Origin: a candidate division WOR-3 bacterium | Lineage (GTDB): Bacteria; Hydrothermota; 32-111 | Direction: 5' to 3' | Length of the DNA: 64,000 nt | NCBI GenBank assembly: GCA_037481815.1 | Contig: JBBFKX010000001.1 | Coordinates: forward strand, 736,001-800,000 | Part shown: piece by piece, positions 44,591-54,648 of the stretch | Numbering within the stretch: the first letter of the stretch is position 1 | How the letters are laid out: every line of letters starts with the position of its first letter | Notes under the pieces: generated by a model | The model's database searches: none | Told to the model about the DNA's origin: nothing | Seen by the model: the letters and a program-made list of their open reading frames with translations, nothing else | Position numbers and translations under genes: made by a program

Positions 44591-47121
44591 TTTATCCTCA
44601 TAATTTTGTCGACAATTTCCTGTTTACCATTTGTGAATTTTATATAATATATTCCCTGAGGTAATTGATCTTCAAGAACTATTTCACCTTTTCCTTTCAA
44701 ATTTAATTTTTTATTCAGAACTTTCTGCCCAAGTGTATTTATAACCTCAATATCTATTTTTCCATCACCATGAAGGATTACTCTATAGGGATTCTTTTCA
44801 GACCAGTAAAAATTCGTAGAATAAAGTATAAATTCGTTACCATATGAATCAATATTAACACTTCCCACTTTACTTTTAACACCACTTTTTCTGATCATAT
44901 AAATGTTATATGTACCTCCTCTTACATTATGATGAACAAAAGTGCCATTGTTATTTCCACTTCTGAATATTTCTTGATCAGCAAATTCAATTGATACTTT
45001 TGAGAAATAAATATCATCTATTTTATAATCAATTACAACATTTTCTTTGTCTCTTCTTGCTTTTATATTTATATTTTCAAGTTTTGTATCAACGGAAAAA
45101 CTCCCCATTCCTCCTGCTTCCCTATATCTTGCAACAAATTCCTGTAAAAACATTTCAGCAAAATATTTTGAATGCAATATAACACAGTTCTCATCGTTAC
45201 CAGTTTCAGCAGCATCAGTCCAGTTGTATGAGCCAGTTATTACAATCGGATTTGAATTCCATAGATCAGCATCTATAAGCATATATTTATGGTGTAAAAG
45301 ATTCCCAGAAACACTATCCTTGAATACATCGGCAGGTGGAGACCATGGATTGTTTGAAGATGAACTGTTGTAAAGTCCTCTCATATCAAGCGATTTTGAG
45401 TAATCTGCATTCCAGTATGTTTCATCGAATACACCTTTTACATCAACTCCAGCATCATATTTTGACTTCATTGCATCACATATACCCTGATGGGAAAATA
45501 CGAATATACAAAAATATATTGATTTGTTTGCTGTTGAAATCGCATTAATTATCTTAGAGGCAACACCATCTGAAGGAGACATATAAACTTCAACGGTATC
45601 ATTTGCGACAATAAATTTATGAGAAATATTATCTGTTTTTTGAGTTGAAAATTTTGATTTGGTTGAGTCGGGAACCATCGTTGTCGATCCCCACATCTCT
45701 GAAAACTCTTTGATGAAATTTTCAGCAACCTGTCTATCTTTGATAATTATTGAATTGTTTGCATTCAAATCTGTACAGTTATCTGTTATATTCCATGATC
45801 CCGTAAATGTTATAGAACTATCTATAACACAGAATTTATTATGCATTATGTTTGAGCCACCATAAGTTAATGGATAATCATCATCTATAACTTTTATTCC
45901 TGCACTTTCAAGTTGAGCAACTTCTGGTAATGTTCGATTGTCCTTATCAGTTATGAATCTTATTTTTACCCCCCTGTTGTGTGCTGCAACAAGAGAATCA
46001 GCTACCATCCTTCGATCAAAATCATAGAAGCAACAGTCGATAGTTTTTGTGGCTTTATGAATATAACTACATAGTATACTATCGAGTGCTGAAGTATCTT
46101 CAGCAACATTATATATTCCAAGAGTTTCCTCAACAGTTTTGTTGAAATGAACATCAAAAAAAGTATCAAGAGTATCTATGACTATATATCTATAATAATC
46201 TGATGGAGCAAGTGGTGGTAAAAATCTTGTTCTGTTTTTATTATCATAACCTTTAAGATAATATCTTATATCCGTATGAACAGGATAAGAAGGGATAGTT
46301 TCAATATATGTTGTATCATTGATTTTAGCCATCAAAATTGAATCTTTTGTATAAAAATTGTTTGTTGAATAAAAGATTTTTATATACTGAATCGTTGTGT
46401 CAGAATAAGCGTTACAAGAGATTACTACATCATCAAGAAATGTTGGAGAAGATGGTGTTCTAATATGATTTTCAAGAGAGAAATATGAAGGATTCAAACC
46501 TCCAGTATCAGGTCCAATGGTTGATTGTCCAGATGCCCTATTCCATACATAAGAAAGAGATTCTGAAACCTCACCAGAATATTCGGGTCCTTCAGAATCT
46601 TCTGGCCATCTTATATATGAAACATTTGTTGATGGAGTTAAAGATATAGGATACCAAACACTTTCAGGATTCGCTGTTGTGTATTTTGTAATGTATGCAA
46701 AACAATCTATTATCGAATCGGAACTATTTTTTAGATAGACCTGATCACCTGTATTTGCAAGAGCAAAACTTCCTGATACCTGTAAAGCCCTTGTTCCAGT
46801 TGTTCCTGGATATGCAGCAAAATCAGGATAATAGCCATACTGTTTGTAAAAAGAATCGGCATAAATTGTAAGGGTTATCTTCCCTTGTGGGTAAAGATAA
46901 TAATTATTGGAAGGTATAGTCCAAACTCCTTCTCCGTCGGTTATCTTCCATCCGTCGATAAGAATTGGAGTATCACTTTTGTTGAAAATTTCTATCCATT
47001 CTGATCTATCTCCTCCTATACTTGGATCAACAAGAATTTCGGTTATCAAGGGATTATGGGAAAAAAGAATATTAACATTATAAAAAATGAATATTAGAAA
47101 AAGGTAAACTTTTTTTTTCAT
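44587..47121 (-). CDS. Secreted phospholipase D/Nuc-family protein with lamin-tail domain and T9SS-type tail
   Basis: LTD (ITEILVD..EWIEIFN); two HKD motifs (MHNKFCVID, LHHKYMLID); tail INTLGQKV..LPQGIYYIK. Start likely ATG 47121. Confidence 0.85.
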   Translation of the reverse strand: MKKKVYLFLIFIFYNVNILFSHNPLITEILVDPSIGGDRSEWIEIFNKSDTPILIDGWKITDGEGVWTIPSNNYYLYPQGKITLTIYADSFYKQYGYYPDFAAYPGTTGTRALQVSGSFALANTGDQVYLKNSSDSIIDCFAYITKYTTANPESVWYPISLTPSTNVSYIRWPEDSEGPEYSGEVSESLSYVWNRASGQSTIGPDTGGLNPSYFSLENHIRTPSSPTFLDDVVISCNAYSDTTIQYIKIFYSTNNFYTKDSILMAKINDTTYIETIPSYPVHTDIRYYLKGYDNKNRTRFLPPLAPSDYYRYIVIDTLDTFFDVHFNKTVEETLGIYNVAEDTSALDSILCSYIHKATKTIDCCFYDFDRRMVADSLVAAHNRGVKIRFITDKDNRTLPEVAQLESAGIKVIDDDYPLTYGGSNIMHNKFCVIDSSITFTGSWNITDNCTDLNANNSIIIKDRQVAENFIKEFSEMWGSTTMVPDSTKSKFSTQKTDNISHKFIVANDTVEVYMSPSDGVASKIINAISTANKSIYFCIFVFSHQGICDAMKSKYDAGVDVKGVFDETYWNADYSKSLDMRGLYNSSSSNNPWSPPADVFKDSVSGNLLHHKYMLIDADLWNSNPIVITGSYNWTDAAETGNDENCVILHSKYFAEMFLQEFVARYREAGGMGSFSVDTKLENINIKARRDKENVVIDYKIDDIYFSKVSIEFADQEIFRSGNNNGTFVHHNVRGGTYNIYMIRKSGVKSKVGSVNIDSYGNEFILYSTNFYWSEKNPYRVILHGDGKIDIEVINTLGQKVLNKKLNLKGKGEIVLEDQLPQGIYYIKFTNGKQEIVDKIMRIK

Positions 47122-47137
47122 ATAACACTCCATCATA

Positions 47138-47491
47138 TCATGACCTTGAGAGTTTTCTGTCCATCTCTCTTAACCTTCTGACAAGGGTCGTTATCAAAGC
47201 CCCAAGTAAAGGATCCTCTTCTATCTGTTTTAAAAGTGCTTTCCTATCTATAATGATGACAGTTGAATCTTCCAAAGCCGCTGCTGACGCAGATCTTGGT
47301 CTTCCATCGATTATTGCCATCTCACCGAGAAATTCGCCCTCAGTGATAATATTCAACCTTTTTTTGTTTTCACCTTCGTTGACAAAAATCTCTATCTTTC
47401 CACTTTTAACAAGGTAAACCTCATCTGGAGGATCTCCCTGTTTGAAAAGAAGTTCTCCTTTCAGAAAAGTTTTTTCAAATTTTTCTAAAAT
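47138..47491 (-). CDS. Cyclic-nucleotide-binding domain protein, probable ATT start
   Basis: Frame is open upstream of TTG 47356: ILEKFEKTFLKGELLFKQGDPPDEVYLVKSGKIEIF...GEFLGEMAIIDGRPRSASA, a complete cNMP domain. SD AGGGGG lies 6 nt before ATT 47491. Confidence 0.8.
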   Translation of the reverse strand: MLEKFEKTFLKGELLFKQGDPPDEVYLVKSGKIEIFVNEGENKKRLNIITEGEFLGEMAIIDGRPRSASAAALEDSTVIIIDRKALLKQIEEDPLLGALITTLVRRLREMDRKLSRS

Positions 47492-47494
47492 AAG

Positions 47495-48805
47495 TTACCC
47501 CCTTTTTTTAGAAGGTTTCTTTATTTCCCAGTCAAGAACTAAAGGTGCAACTATAAAATCTGAAGAATATGTACCAACTATTATTCCAACGAGTAACGCA
47601 AATGCAAAATCGTTTAGAACTTTTCCACCAAAAACAAAAAGCATCAAAATTACAAACAAAGTTGTTAAAGAGGTTATCAATGTTCTTCCAAGTGTCTGAT
47701 TCAAAGATCTATTCACTATGGTTGAAAAACTGTCTTTTCTCATAAGTTTTAAATTCTCTCTTATTCTATCTGAAACGATAATAGAATCGTTGATCGAATA
47801 TCCTATAAGAGTCAACAGTGCCGCTATTATCTGAACAGACATCTCCCTTCCAGTTATAGTTAAAAGACCAAGTGTTATTGTAACATCATGGAAGAGTGCT
47901 ACAACAGAAGCAACTCCAAACCTGAATGTGAATCTAATCCAGACATATACCATTATTCCAAGAAGTCCAAGCAGAACAACCCAAAATGATTTTAACTGCA
48001 ACTCTTTCGACATTATGGCTCCAACAACTTCCTCTCTATCAACTCTTGGATTTTCCTGTGAAAACTTTTCTTTTAAAGAGTTTATTATTTTTTCTGTTGG
48101 TGATAGTTCAACTCCTTTACTGGAAACTCTATAAAGTGTATCCTGCCAATCTGGAATGATTTGAATATTTTTTACATTTGCATTTTTCGAGCAAACGAAA
48201 ATTTTTATCTCCTTTTCAACTCCTTTATTATTGGTTCTGTCAACTCCAAAAACATAAAATGTAACCAGAGAATCCTTCTTTAAATCATCGATTGAAAAGT
48301 TTAAAACTCCCACCTCTTCTCTTGAATCGTATACATCAGATGGGGTAAATTCTTTGAGTTCTTTAAAAATTTCAGATCTCACAAAAATATTTTTTACTGG
48401 AGATCTCTCATCATAAACTTTTACTTTAACTGTAACATTTTTTTCTCCTAAAGTCGGGTTAGGATAAGTCGAATAGCCAACAACAACAGGTCCTGTTGTA
48501 TCCTGAACTTTTTCAAAATTTTCCTGAACCTTAATTAGAAAATCATTTTCGGATCCATATTTTTGTATAACAGCATTCTTATATCCAAGAGAGTTCATAA
48601 CATCCCTTAACTGATCTATTTTAACCTCTTTATCAAAATGAACCTGCAAAACTATTCCACCAGTAAAATCGATTCCCAGGTTTAAACCTCTATTGAAAAC
48701 TATTACCAGTAAACTTCCAATAACAAGAACCAGAGAGATTATATATGTTATCTTTCTTATTCCAACAAAATTTATCTCCGGAAGATTTATTTTCTTAAAA
48801 TTCAT
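47495..48805 (-). CDS. secF: Protein translocase subunit SecF with periplasmic insertion
   Basis: GIDFTGG, HDV, GYSINDSIIVSDRIREN, GTYSS.FI; about 130 extra aa. Confidence 0.93.
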   Translation of the reverse strand: MNFKKINLPEINFVGIRKITYIISLVLVIGSLLVIVFNRGLNLGIDFTGGIVLQVHFDKEVKIDQLRDVMNSLGYKNAVIQKYGSENDFLIKVQENFEKVQDTTGPVVVGYSTYPNPTLGEKNVTVKVKVYDERSPVKNIFVRSEIFKELKEFTPSDVYDSREEVGVLNFSIDDLKKDSLVTFYVFGVDRTNNKGVEKEIKIFVCSKNANVKNIQIIPDWQDTLYRVSSKGVELSPTEKIINSLKEKFSQENPRVDREEVVGAIMSKELQLKSFWVVLLGLLGIMVYVWIRFTFRFGVASVVALFHDVTITLGLLTITGREMSVQIIAALLTLIGYSINDSIIVSDRIRENLKLMRKDSFSTIVNRSLNQTLGRTLITSLTTLFVILMLFVFGGKVLNDFAFALLVGIIVGTYSSDFIVAPLVLDWEIKKPSKKRG

Positions 48806-48813
48806 CTTTCCTC

Positions 48814-50346
48814 CTATATGGACAATTTTTTAAAGTTTGGATTGGAAGTGATTAGATCAAAAATAACTCTTGTAACGAATATTGCCGAGAAGAAATTTAT
48901 AACAAGACCAAGCCCAAGAGTGACAGCAAAACCTTTTATAGGACCGGTTCCAAACCAGTAAAGAATGAGTGCTGTCACAAGTGATGTAAGGTTTGCATCA
49001 AAAATCGTTGAAAACGCTTTTGAATAACCGGCTGAAATCGCTGTTTTAATGGTCTTTCCTGATGCCAGTTCTTCTCTGATCCTTTCAAATATCAAAACAT
49101 TTGCATCTATTGCTGTTCCAACAAGAAGTACCAAACCAGCCATACCTGGAAGAGTAAGAGTTGCTCGGAACAAAGACAGAACAGCGAGAAGGATTATAAG
49201 GTTTAAAACCATCGCAAAATCTGCTATCATTCCAGATAGACCATAATATATTGCCATAAAAACAAATACAACGATAACACCATATATAAGGGATCTTATT
49301 CCCTTTCTTATCGAATCACCACCAAGTGTTGGCCCTACAGATCTTTCTTCGATTATTCTAACTGGAGCAGGTAAAGCACCAGCTTTCAAAATTACAGCGA
49401 GATCTTTTGCATCGTTTATTGTTGCATTTCCCATTGAGATTTCAGTGTTCCCAGAAGGTATCCTTTCCCTTACTACCGGTGCAGAAACTATCACACTATC
49501 AAGTGAAAAAGCTATTCTCCTTCCAATGTTTGATCCTGTTATTGAAGCCCATTTGTTTTTCGCATTTTTATTCATAGTTAACTCGACCTTTACACCGTAT
49601 GGGTTATCACTCGTTCCGATTGCAGCTCTCGCATCAAGGATAGCGTCTCCCTTTAAAACAGGATTCTTTTCAACAAGGTAAAGTATCGTCTGATTCACTC
49701 CATCCTTGTTTTTCTCTTTTCCCCACATAAAAATATAATCGGATGGGATCAAATTTTTTATTTCTTCTTTAGAAAGAATGTTTTTAACAAGAGATATATT
49801 TTCAGGATAAACAATAAAGTCAACACCATTGTTATCTACAAGAGTTGATATTCGTACGGTATCCTTCATCTCTTCAAGTTTTTTATCTATATTCTCAAAA
49901 ACTTTTTGTACTACGGTATTTTCAGCAACGATTCTGAACTCAAGTTGTGCTGTTTTTCCTATAAGGTTTTTCGCTCTCTCTCGATCAACAACTCCAGGTA
50001 GTTGTATGCTTATCCTGTCATTACCCTGTTTTTCAACAAGTGGCTCAGTTACGCCAAACTGGTCTATCCTATTTTTTAAAATTTCAAGTGCTCTATCAAC
50101 AGCACCATCAGCTTCCTCTTTACTCAAAGAAGTTTTGTCAACTTCAAGAATGAGGTTCATTCCACCTTGAAGATCAAGTCCAAGATGGAGTGATCTGTTT
50201 CTCAAACTATTTATCTGTTCATAAGTCATGCTGAGTTTATCTTTGTCTGATAGAGTATAGTATCGAAACGTATAATAGAGTTGATATAAAGATAAAATTA
50301 AAATCACAACAACTATTAAAATTCTCCACCTGAGATCAAGTTTCAT
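48814..50346 (-). CDS. secD: Protein translocase subunit SecD
   Basis: LGLDLQGG, RIDQFGVTEP, GALPAP, DANVLIFERIREE. Confidence 0.96.
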   Translation of the reverse strand: MKLDLRWRILIVVVILILSLYQLYYTFRYYTLSDKDKLSMTYEQINSLRNRSLHLGLDLQGGMNLILEVDKTSLSKEEADGAVDRALEILKNRIDQFGVTEPLVEKQGNDRISIQLPGVVDRERAKNLIGKTAQLEFRIVAENTVVQKVFENIDKKLEEMKDTVRISTLVDNNGVDFIVYPENISLVKNILSKEEIKNLIPSDYIFMWGKEKNKDGVNQTILYLVEKNPVLKGDAILDARAAIGTSDNPYGVKVELTMNKNAKNKWASITGSNIGRRIAFSLDSVIVSAPVVRERIPSGNTEISMGNATINDAKDLAVILKAGALPAPVRIIEERSVGPTLGGDSIRKGIRSLIYGVIVVFVFMAIYYGLSGMIADFAMVLNLIILLAVLSLFRATLTLPGMAGLVLLVGTAIDANVLIFERIREELASGKTIKTAISAGYSKAFSTIFDANLTSLVTALILYWFGTGPIKGFAVTLGLGLVINFFSAIFVTRVIFDLITSNPNFKKLSI

Positions 50347-50387
50347 CAATCCTCCTTATAATAAAAGTTTGTTTTATTCAGTTTTAA

Positions 50388-50416
50388 AGGTTATCATATT
50401 TTAGAGATTTAGTCAA
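50388..50416 (-). promoter_or_regulatory. Promoter for secD gene string
   Basis: TTGACT-N17-TAACCT with extended -10 TG. Confidence 0.45.
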
Positions 50417-50436
50417 TATTTGGAGTTTTTTCGATG

Positions 50437-51645
50437 TTAAAACCTAAAACTCTCTATATTTACAAATTTACTTCCCCATGTGTACGAGATACTGACATCT
50501 ATAAAAAAAGCAAAATCGGTTGCTCTTTCCTTTTGAAGAAGAAGTAGGTCTTCATCAGTGTATCCAGATTTTTCTATATTTCTTTTATCCCTGGGAACGA
50601 CGAATTCCCCATATAGATTTAGAGAAAAACCCTTAAAAATATATAACTTCATACTTCCTTCAAGAGAGACGGAATATTGATCAAAATATTGGACATAATT
50701 TGATCCTACAAGAGATAGCGATACATTACCTTTTGGAAACAAAACATCGTAAGAGAATGTTATAATATTTCTATGTAGTACTTCTTTTATTTTATTATAT
50801 ATTGTTGTATCATAATACATTATAAAAGATGGTTCATATTCATATGAAACTTTTAACAACCTCGTGTTTCCTTCAGCGTATGGGAAAAAACTGTATTCTA
50901 TTCCAAACGAAAGATCATTTTTCAATTTATAGTTTGAAAAAATCGAATTGTATCCATCTAACTTCACTCTACTTGAAATTCTATCATTTATCGCCTGAAT
51001 GTATTCTATTTCCGAAAAAATGTTTCTGTTGAAACTTGTCAAAACTCTATTTGAATCGAGATAAAAATATTTTTTGCTTACAGAAAAAGAGAGATCAAAT
51101 TTTATCTGATCATAATTTATAAATCTGTTACCTGTGAGTTTGATTTTTAAAAGATTGTTCTTATATTGATTTTCAGAATAGAGTTCAGTCAACCCTTCAA
51201 GATTAAAATTCCATCCATATACCTTTTTCTCTTCGAAAGTTTTTTCCTTCTCCGTTATTGAAACTCTTTCCAAATAATCCTGTTCAAAAAAATTTCCCAA
51301 TACCATTATTAAAAAACTTTCATAAATTTTCTCATAAATATCATATTCAGAAATATTTTTGTCAAAGGAAAGTTTCATAGTATCTGATAGATTTTTATAA
51401 CTGTTTTGTCCATAAGAGAAAAGAATAAAAGCGATATTATTTTCATTAACATCTTTTTTTAATACAAAAAAAACATCCGACTCTTCTTTTATATTTGAAA
51501 ATTCAAAAGTTTTAACTTTTGTCATCAGAAAACTTTTTAAATTTTGATCGTCACAATCAAGAAAAATTGTTAAATTAAACAAATGTAAGTAAAAAATTAA
51601 AAATAAAAACGAAACGAAAAAAATTTTTTTCATAAAATTTTTCAT
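50437..51645 (-). CDS. Hypothetical secreted/outer-membrane beta-barrel-like protein
   Basis: Signal peptide; amphipathic aromatic strands (GIEYSFFPY, SISYTWGS); terminal Phe. Confidence 0.55.
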   Translation of the reverse strand: MKNFMKKIFFVSFLFLIFYLHLFNLTIFLDCDDQNLKSFLMTKVKTFEFSNIKEESDVFFVLKKDVNENNIAFILFSYGQNSYKNLSDTMKLSFDKNISEYDIYEKIYESFLIMVLGNFFEQDYLERVSITEKEKTFEEKKVYGWNFNLEGLTELYSENQYKNNLLKIKLTGNRFINYDQIKFDLSFSVSKKYFYLDSNRVLTSFNRNIFSEIEYIQAINDRISSRVKLDGYNSIFSNYKLKNDLSFGIEYSFFPYAEGNTRLLKVSYEYEPSFIMYYDTTIYNKIKEVLHRNIITFSYDVLFPKGNVSLSLVGSNYVQYFDQYSVSLEGSMKLYIFKGFSLNLYGEFVVPRDKRNIEKSGYTDEDLLLLQKERATDFAFFIDVSISYTWGSKFVNIESFRF

Positions 51646-51652
51646 TTTTTTG

Positions 51653-51711
51653 ATTATATAAAAAAAATTTTTAAATTCAATGTTTACATTGTATTAAACT
51701 TTTTATATAAT
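51653..51711. promoter_or_regulatory. Back-to-back divergent promoters, both probably leaderless
   Basis: Minus: TTGAAT-N16-TATAAT, 7 nt before ATG 51645. Plus: TTTACA-N17-TATAAT, 6 nt before ATG 51718. Confidence 0.5.
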
Positions 51712-51717
51712 AGATTT

Positions 51718-52827
51718 ATGAAGATTAGAACTATTACACTTTTTCACAATTTTAAAGAAGATAAAATTGATAAAAACCTGTTAAGGAAAATTGAAAATAT
51801 CAAAAGGATTTATAACGATACCATAGAAAAAAATTTTCCTGTTCAAACTTTAAGATTATCTACAAACATCGCTTCCATAAATAAAGATTTTCAAACAAAA
51901 ATTTCAATAATAAAAGATCTTCAGGAAATCTTAAAAGAACAAAAGATTGAGTTTTTCAACATTGGAAAGGTTAATTCTTTAGAAACAAATAAGACCATAG
52001 AAATTTTTGAAAAATTCAACGTTTCCGCCTTTTTTGAAATCAATACCAAGTCCTTTGATGAAAAATCAGTCATCAAAGGTGCAAAATTAATAAAGGAACT
52101 TTCATTCATAAGTCCTCTAAAAAATTTCAATTTTGGAATTTCATTCAACATCTTATCTGGAACACCATTCTTTCCATCATCATTTTCAACGACAGACGGT
52201 TTTTCGATTGGATTTGAAAATGGTGATATCTTACAAAATATTTTTAACAATGTGAAAAATTTTTCTGAAATTGAATATATACTTGAAAAAAGTTTATATC
52301 AAAAATACAAAATTTTTGAAAAATTTTTTGAAAAGGAATCACAAAAAAGAAATCTTGAGTTTTTAGGTTTGGATCTCTCTTTTGCCCCCGGAATAAAAAA
52401 AAACGAATCTGTCTTTGAGGCGTTTCACATTTTAAAAAGAAATATCAAAAGAAAAAATATAAACGATATCTCTATCGCTGGAGCAATTACCACGGTTTTA
52501 AAAAATTTAAAAATCAAAAAAACAGGATATTGTGGACTCATGCTCCCTTTATCTGAAGATTACAGATTATCAAAAATGAGTTTTGAAAAAGATATAAGGA
52601 TAAAAGACCTCTTACTTTTATCTTCTGTTTGTGGTTGTGGAATAGATACTGTTCCAATAAGTATCGATTCAAAAAACGAATTTATTGAATCACTCATAAT
52701 CGATTCCTATACAATATCAAAAAAATGGAAAAAACCTTTACAACTTAGAATCTTACCAGTACGCAATGATGAAACAATCTCGTTTAAATCAAAATATCTG
52801 TTAAAAACAAAATTTTTGAACTATTAA
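51718..52827 (+). CDS. DUF711-family protein
   Basis: MKIRTIT, TPFFPSS, GLDLSFAP, GYCGLMLPLSED, SSVCGCGIDTVP. Confidence 0.82.
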   Translation: MKIRTITLFHNFKEDKIDKNLLRKIENIKRIYNDTIEKNFPVQTLRLSTNIASINKDFQTKISIIKDLQEILKEQKIEFFNIGKVNSLETNKTIEIFEKFNVSAFFEINTKSFDEKSVIKGAKLIKELSFISPLKNFNFGISFNILSGTPFFPSSFSTTDGFSIGFENGDILQNIFNNVKNFSEIEYILEKSLYQKYKIFEKFFEKESQKRNLEFLGLDLSFAPGIKKNESVFEAFHILKRNIKRKNINDISIAGAITTVLKNLKIKKTGYCGLMLPLSEDYRLSKMSFEKDIRIKDLLLLSSVCGCGIDTVPISIDSKNEFIESLIIDSYTISKKWKKPLQLRILPVRNDETISFKSKYLLKTKFLNY

Positions 52828-53930
52828 AATTTTGTCCCGATTTGAAAAAGAAAAACTGTTGGGATTTTATAGAACTCTTCTTTTGATTCCCCATTGGTCC
52901 AGACAGTAGAAAATGAGGATATCAGATTGTTTATAGGAATATATGAAATATTAAAGATAGCAATCAGAGAAAGATCGTCAAGATTTAATATCGAATTCAG
53001 AGAAAAATTTAATCTATCATTAAGGTTCAAAAGAGAAGTTAAAAACATATAGTATCTGCCCAAGAGAAAATCTCCATTTAAATATTTGTTGATAATATTT
53101 ATGTCACTGTAAGGTGCATTAGGTGCTTTAAAATTCATATAAAATTCGTGACAGAGATAAAGTTTTTCAAAAAAAGTATAATCCCAACCTAAAAGCATCT
53201 GTAAACCAAAATCATCGTTCGATTTTAAAATGGTTAACTCATCATAAAGTGCAGGTCCAAAATATTCTGACAGAAAAGATATACCAAAAAGATAATTTTC
53301 TATAGAATCTATTGATAGAAGATTTTTTCTAATCTGTGAATATCTTGATAAAAATATCCTTGAATTATAATATTCATTTAAAAATTCAAAAAAGAGTCCT
53401 TCTTTAGAGGAAAAAAAGTCGTTGTTATCCTGATATATCAACGATGAAGTGAAATTATTTCTTGAATAGGAAAAAAGAATGTTTGATGGAAATTCTTTCA
53501 ACGAGATTATGTCAAAAGGGGAACTGAAATAAAATATATCAACAGGTGAATACACCTCTGAAAAACTCCATTTAACAGGGAATTTCCCTATTTTTAGATT
53601 GAAACCATTTTTATAAAGCGATAGATAGAGTTGAGTAAATCTGTATTGGTTTGAAAGGTATAGATATTTAGGCATTATCCCTATAATCGAAAAATCTATG
53701 TCAGGATAGGGAATTTCATATTTTGCATCACCCTGATATATCCTTGCATCGAATTGTGCAAAAAATTTCAAAACCTCATTAGAGTTTTCAAGATCCAAAA
53801 CAAGATCGTGAGATGAAAAGTAATTAACTTTATAGAAATAAAAATAACTATAATTGTAATTAAAGGATAGATTAAAAGAACTTAAAAAAAGGAAAGATAA
53901 AAAAAATAGAAGAAACAAAAATTTTTTCAT
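52824..53930 (-). CDS. Hypothetical outer-membrane beta-barrel-like protein of the ABC/LolA-like module
   Basis: Signal peptide; LKIGK..V.W....YSPVDIF; terminal Phe; operon position. Confidence 0.6.
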   Translation of the reverse strand: MKKFLFLLFFLSFLFLSSFNLSFNYNYSYFYFYKVNYFSSHDLVLDLENSNEVLKFFAQFDARIYQGDAKYEIPYPDIDFSIIGIMPKYLYLSNQYRFTQLYLSLYKNGFNLKIGKFPVKWSFSEVYSPVDIFYFSSPFDIISLKEFPSNILFSYSRNNFTSSLIYQDNNDFFSSKEGLFFEFLNEYYNSRIFLSRYSQIRKNLLSIDSIENYLFGISFLSEYFGPALYDELTILKSNDDFGLQMLLGWDYTFFEKLYLCHEFYMNFKAPNAPYSDINIINKYLNGDFLLGRYYMFLTSLLNLNDRLNFSLNSILNLDDLSLIAIFNISYIPINNLISSFSTVWTNGESKEEFYKIPTVFLFQIGTKF

Positions 53931-54646
53931 CTTTCAAGATAAGATTTTGTAAAATAATTCTCAGAAATTTTATCTTTAATACTTATATCAGCATACTCAA
54001 TCGTTGTAATATTCTTTTTCTGTAGAAGATCTTTCATAACAACTTTTTTGGGAAAGTATATATCTTTTATCTTTTCATACTCTTCAATATAAAATTCTTT
54101 CAACAACCTATTAGATGAAGAATATATCTCTTCTTTGTATGGAAGATAAACATCTTTCATAATATAACTCTTTTTGAATTTATAGGGCGCATCGTTAACT
54201 TTAGCTTTCATTTCAAGTATGTAATATTTTTCATCATTCACAAGAGATATATCATAGATATCCTTTAATTTTCTCCTTTCTGAAATATCCTCATAAGAAA
54301 ATGAACTTCCCATAAAACCTTCTTTGAGCATATGTCCTTTTATCAAAACCGATCTTCCTGCTGAAGGTAAATATAGCCACATCGAATTATCTTTTTTTAG
54401 AAATCTACTTCTGTTTCCATCGGTTGAAGTGAGAACTTCAACATAAACATTTTTTTCATCTTTAATATAGAGTAAAAGATCCATTTCTCTTGTGTTATCA
54501 CTCTCTTCGATTTTCATTTTCGCTCTGTAAACAACATTTTTTACACTCAGATTTTTTTCAACCTTATCAATTATACTTTCCAGAGTTTCCGCATACATAA
54601 AAATGGACGAAACTATCAACACATAAAATAAAATTCTCTTCAACAT
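53927..54646 (-). CDS. Outer-membrane lipoprotein-sorting (LolA-like) protein
   Basis: FLKKDNSMWLYLP, FMGSSFSYED, YFTKSYLER. Confidence 0.82.
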   Translation of the reverse strand: MLKRILFYVLIVSSIFMYAETLESIIDKVEKNLSVKNVVYRAKMKIEESDNTREMDLLLYIKDEKNVYVEVLTSTDGNRSRFLKKDNSMWLYLPSAGRSVLIKGHMLKEGFMGSSFSYEDISERRKLKDIYDISLVNDEKYYILEMKAKVNDAPYKFKKSYIMKDVYLPYKEEIYSSSNRLLKEFYIEEYEKIKDIYFPKKVVMKDLLQKKNITTIEYADISIKDKISENYFTKSYLER

Positions 54647-54648
54647 TT

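Noticed and set aside
21543..47136. A/T homopolymers of 8-9 nt in glycosylation genes as phase-variation tracts
   Set aside because: Expected at this AT content, and none visibly breaks a reading frame.
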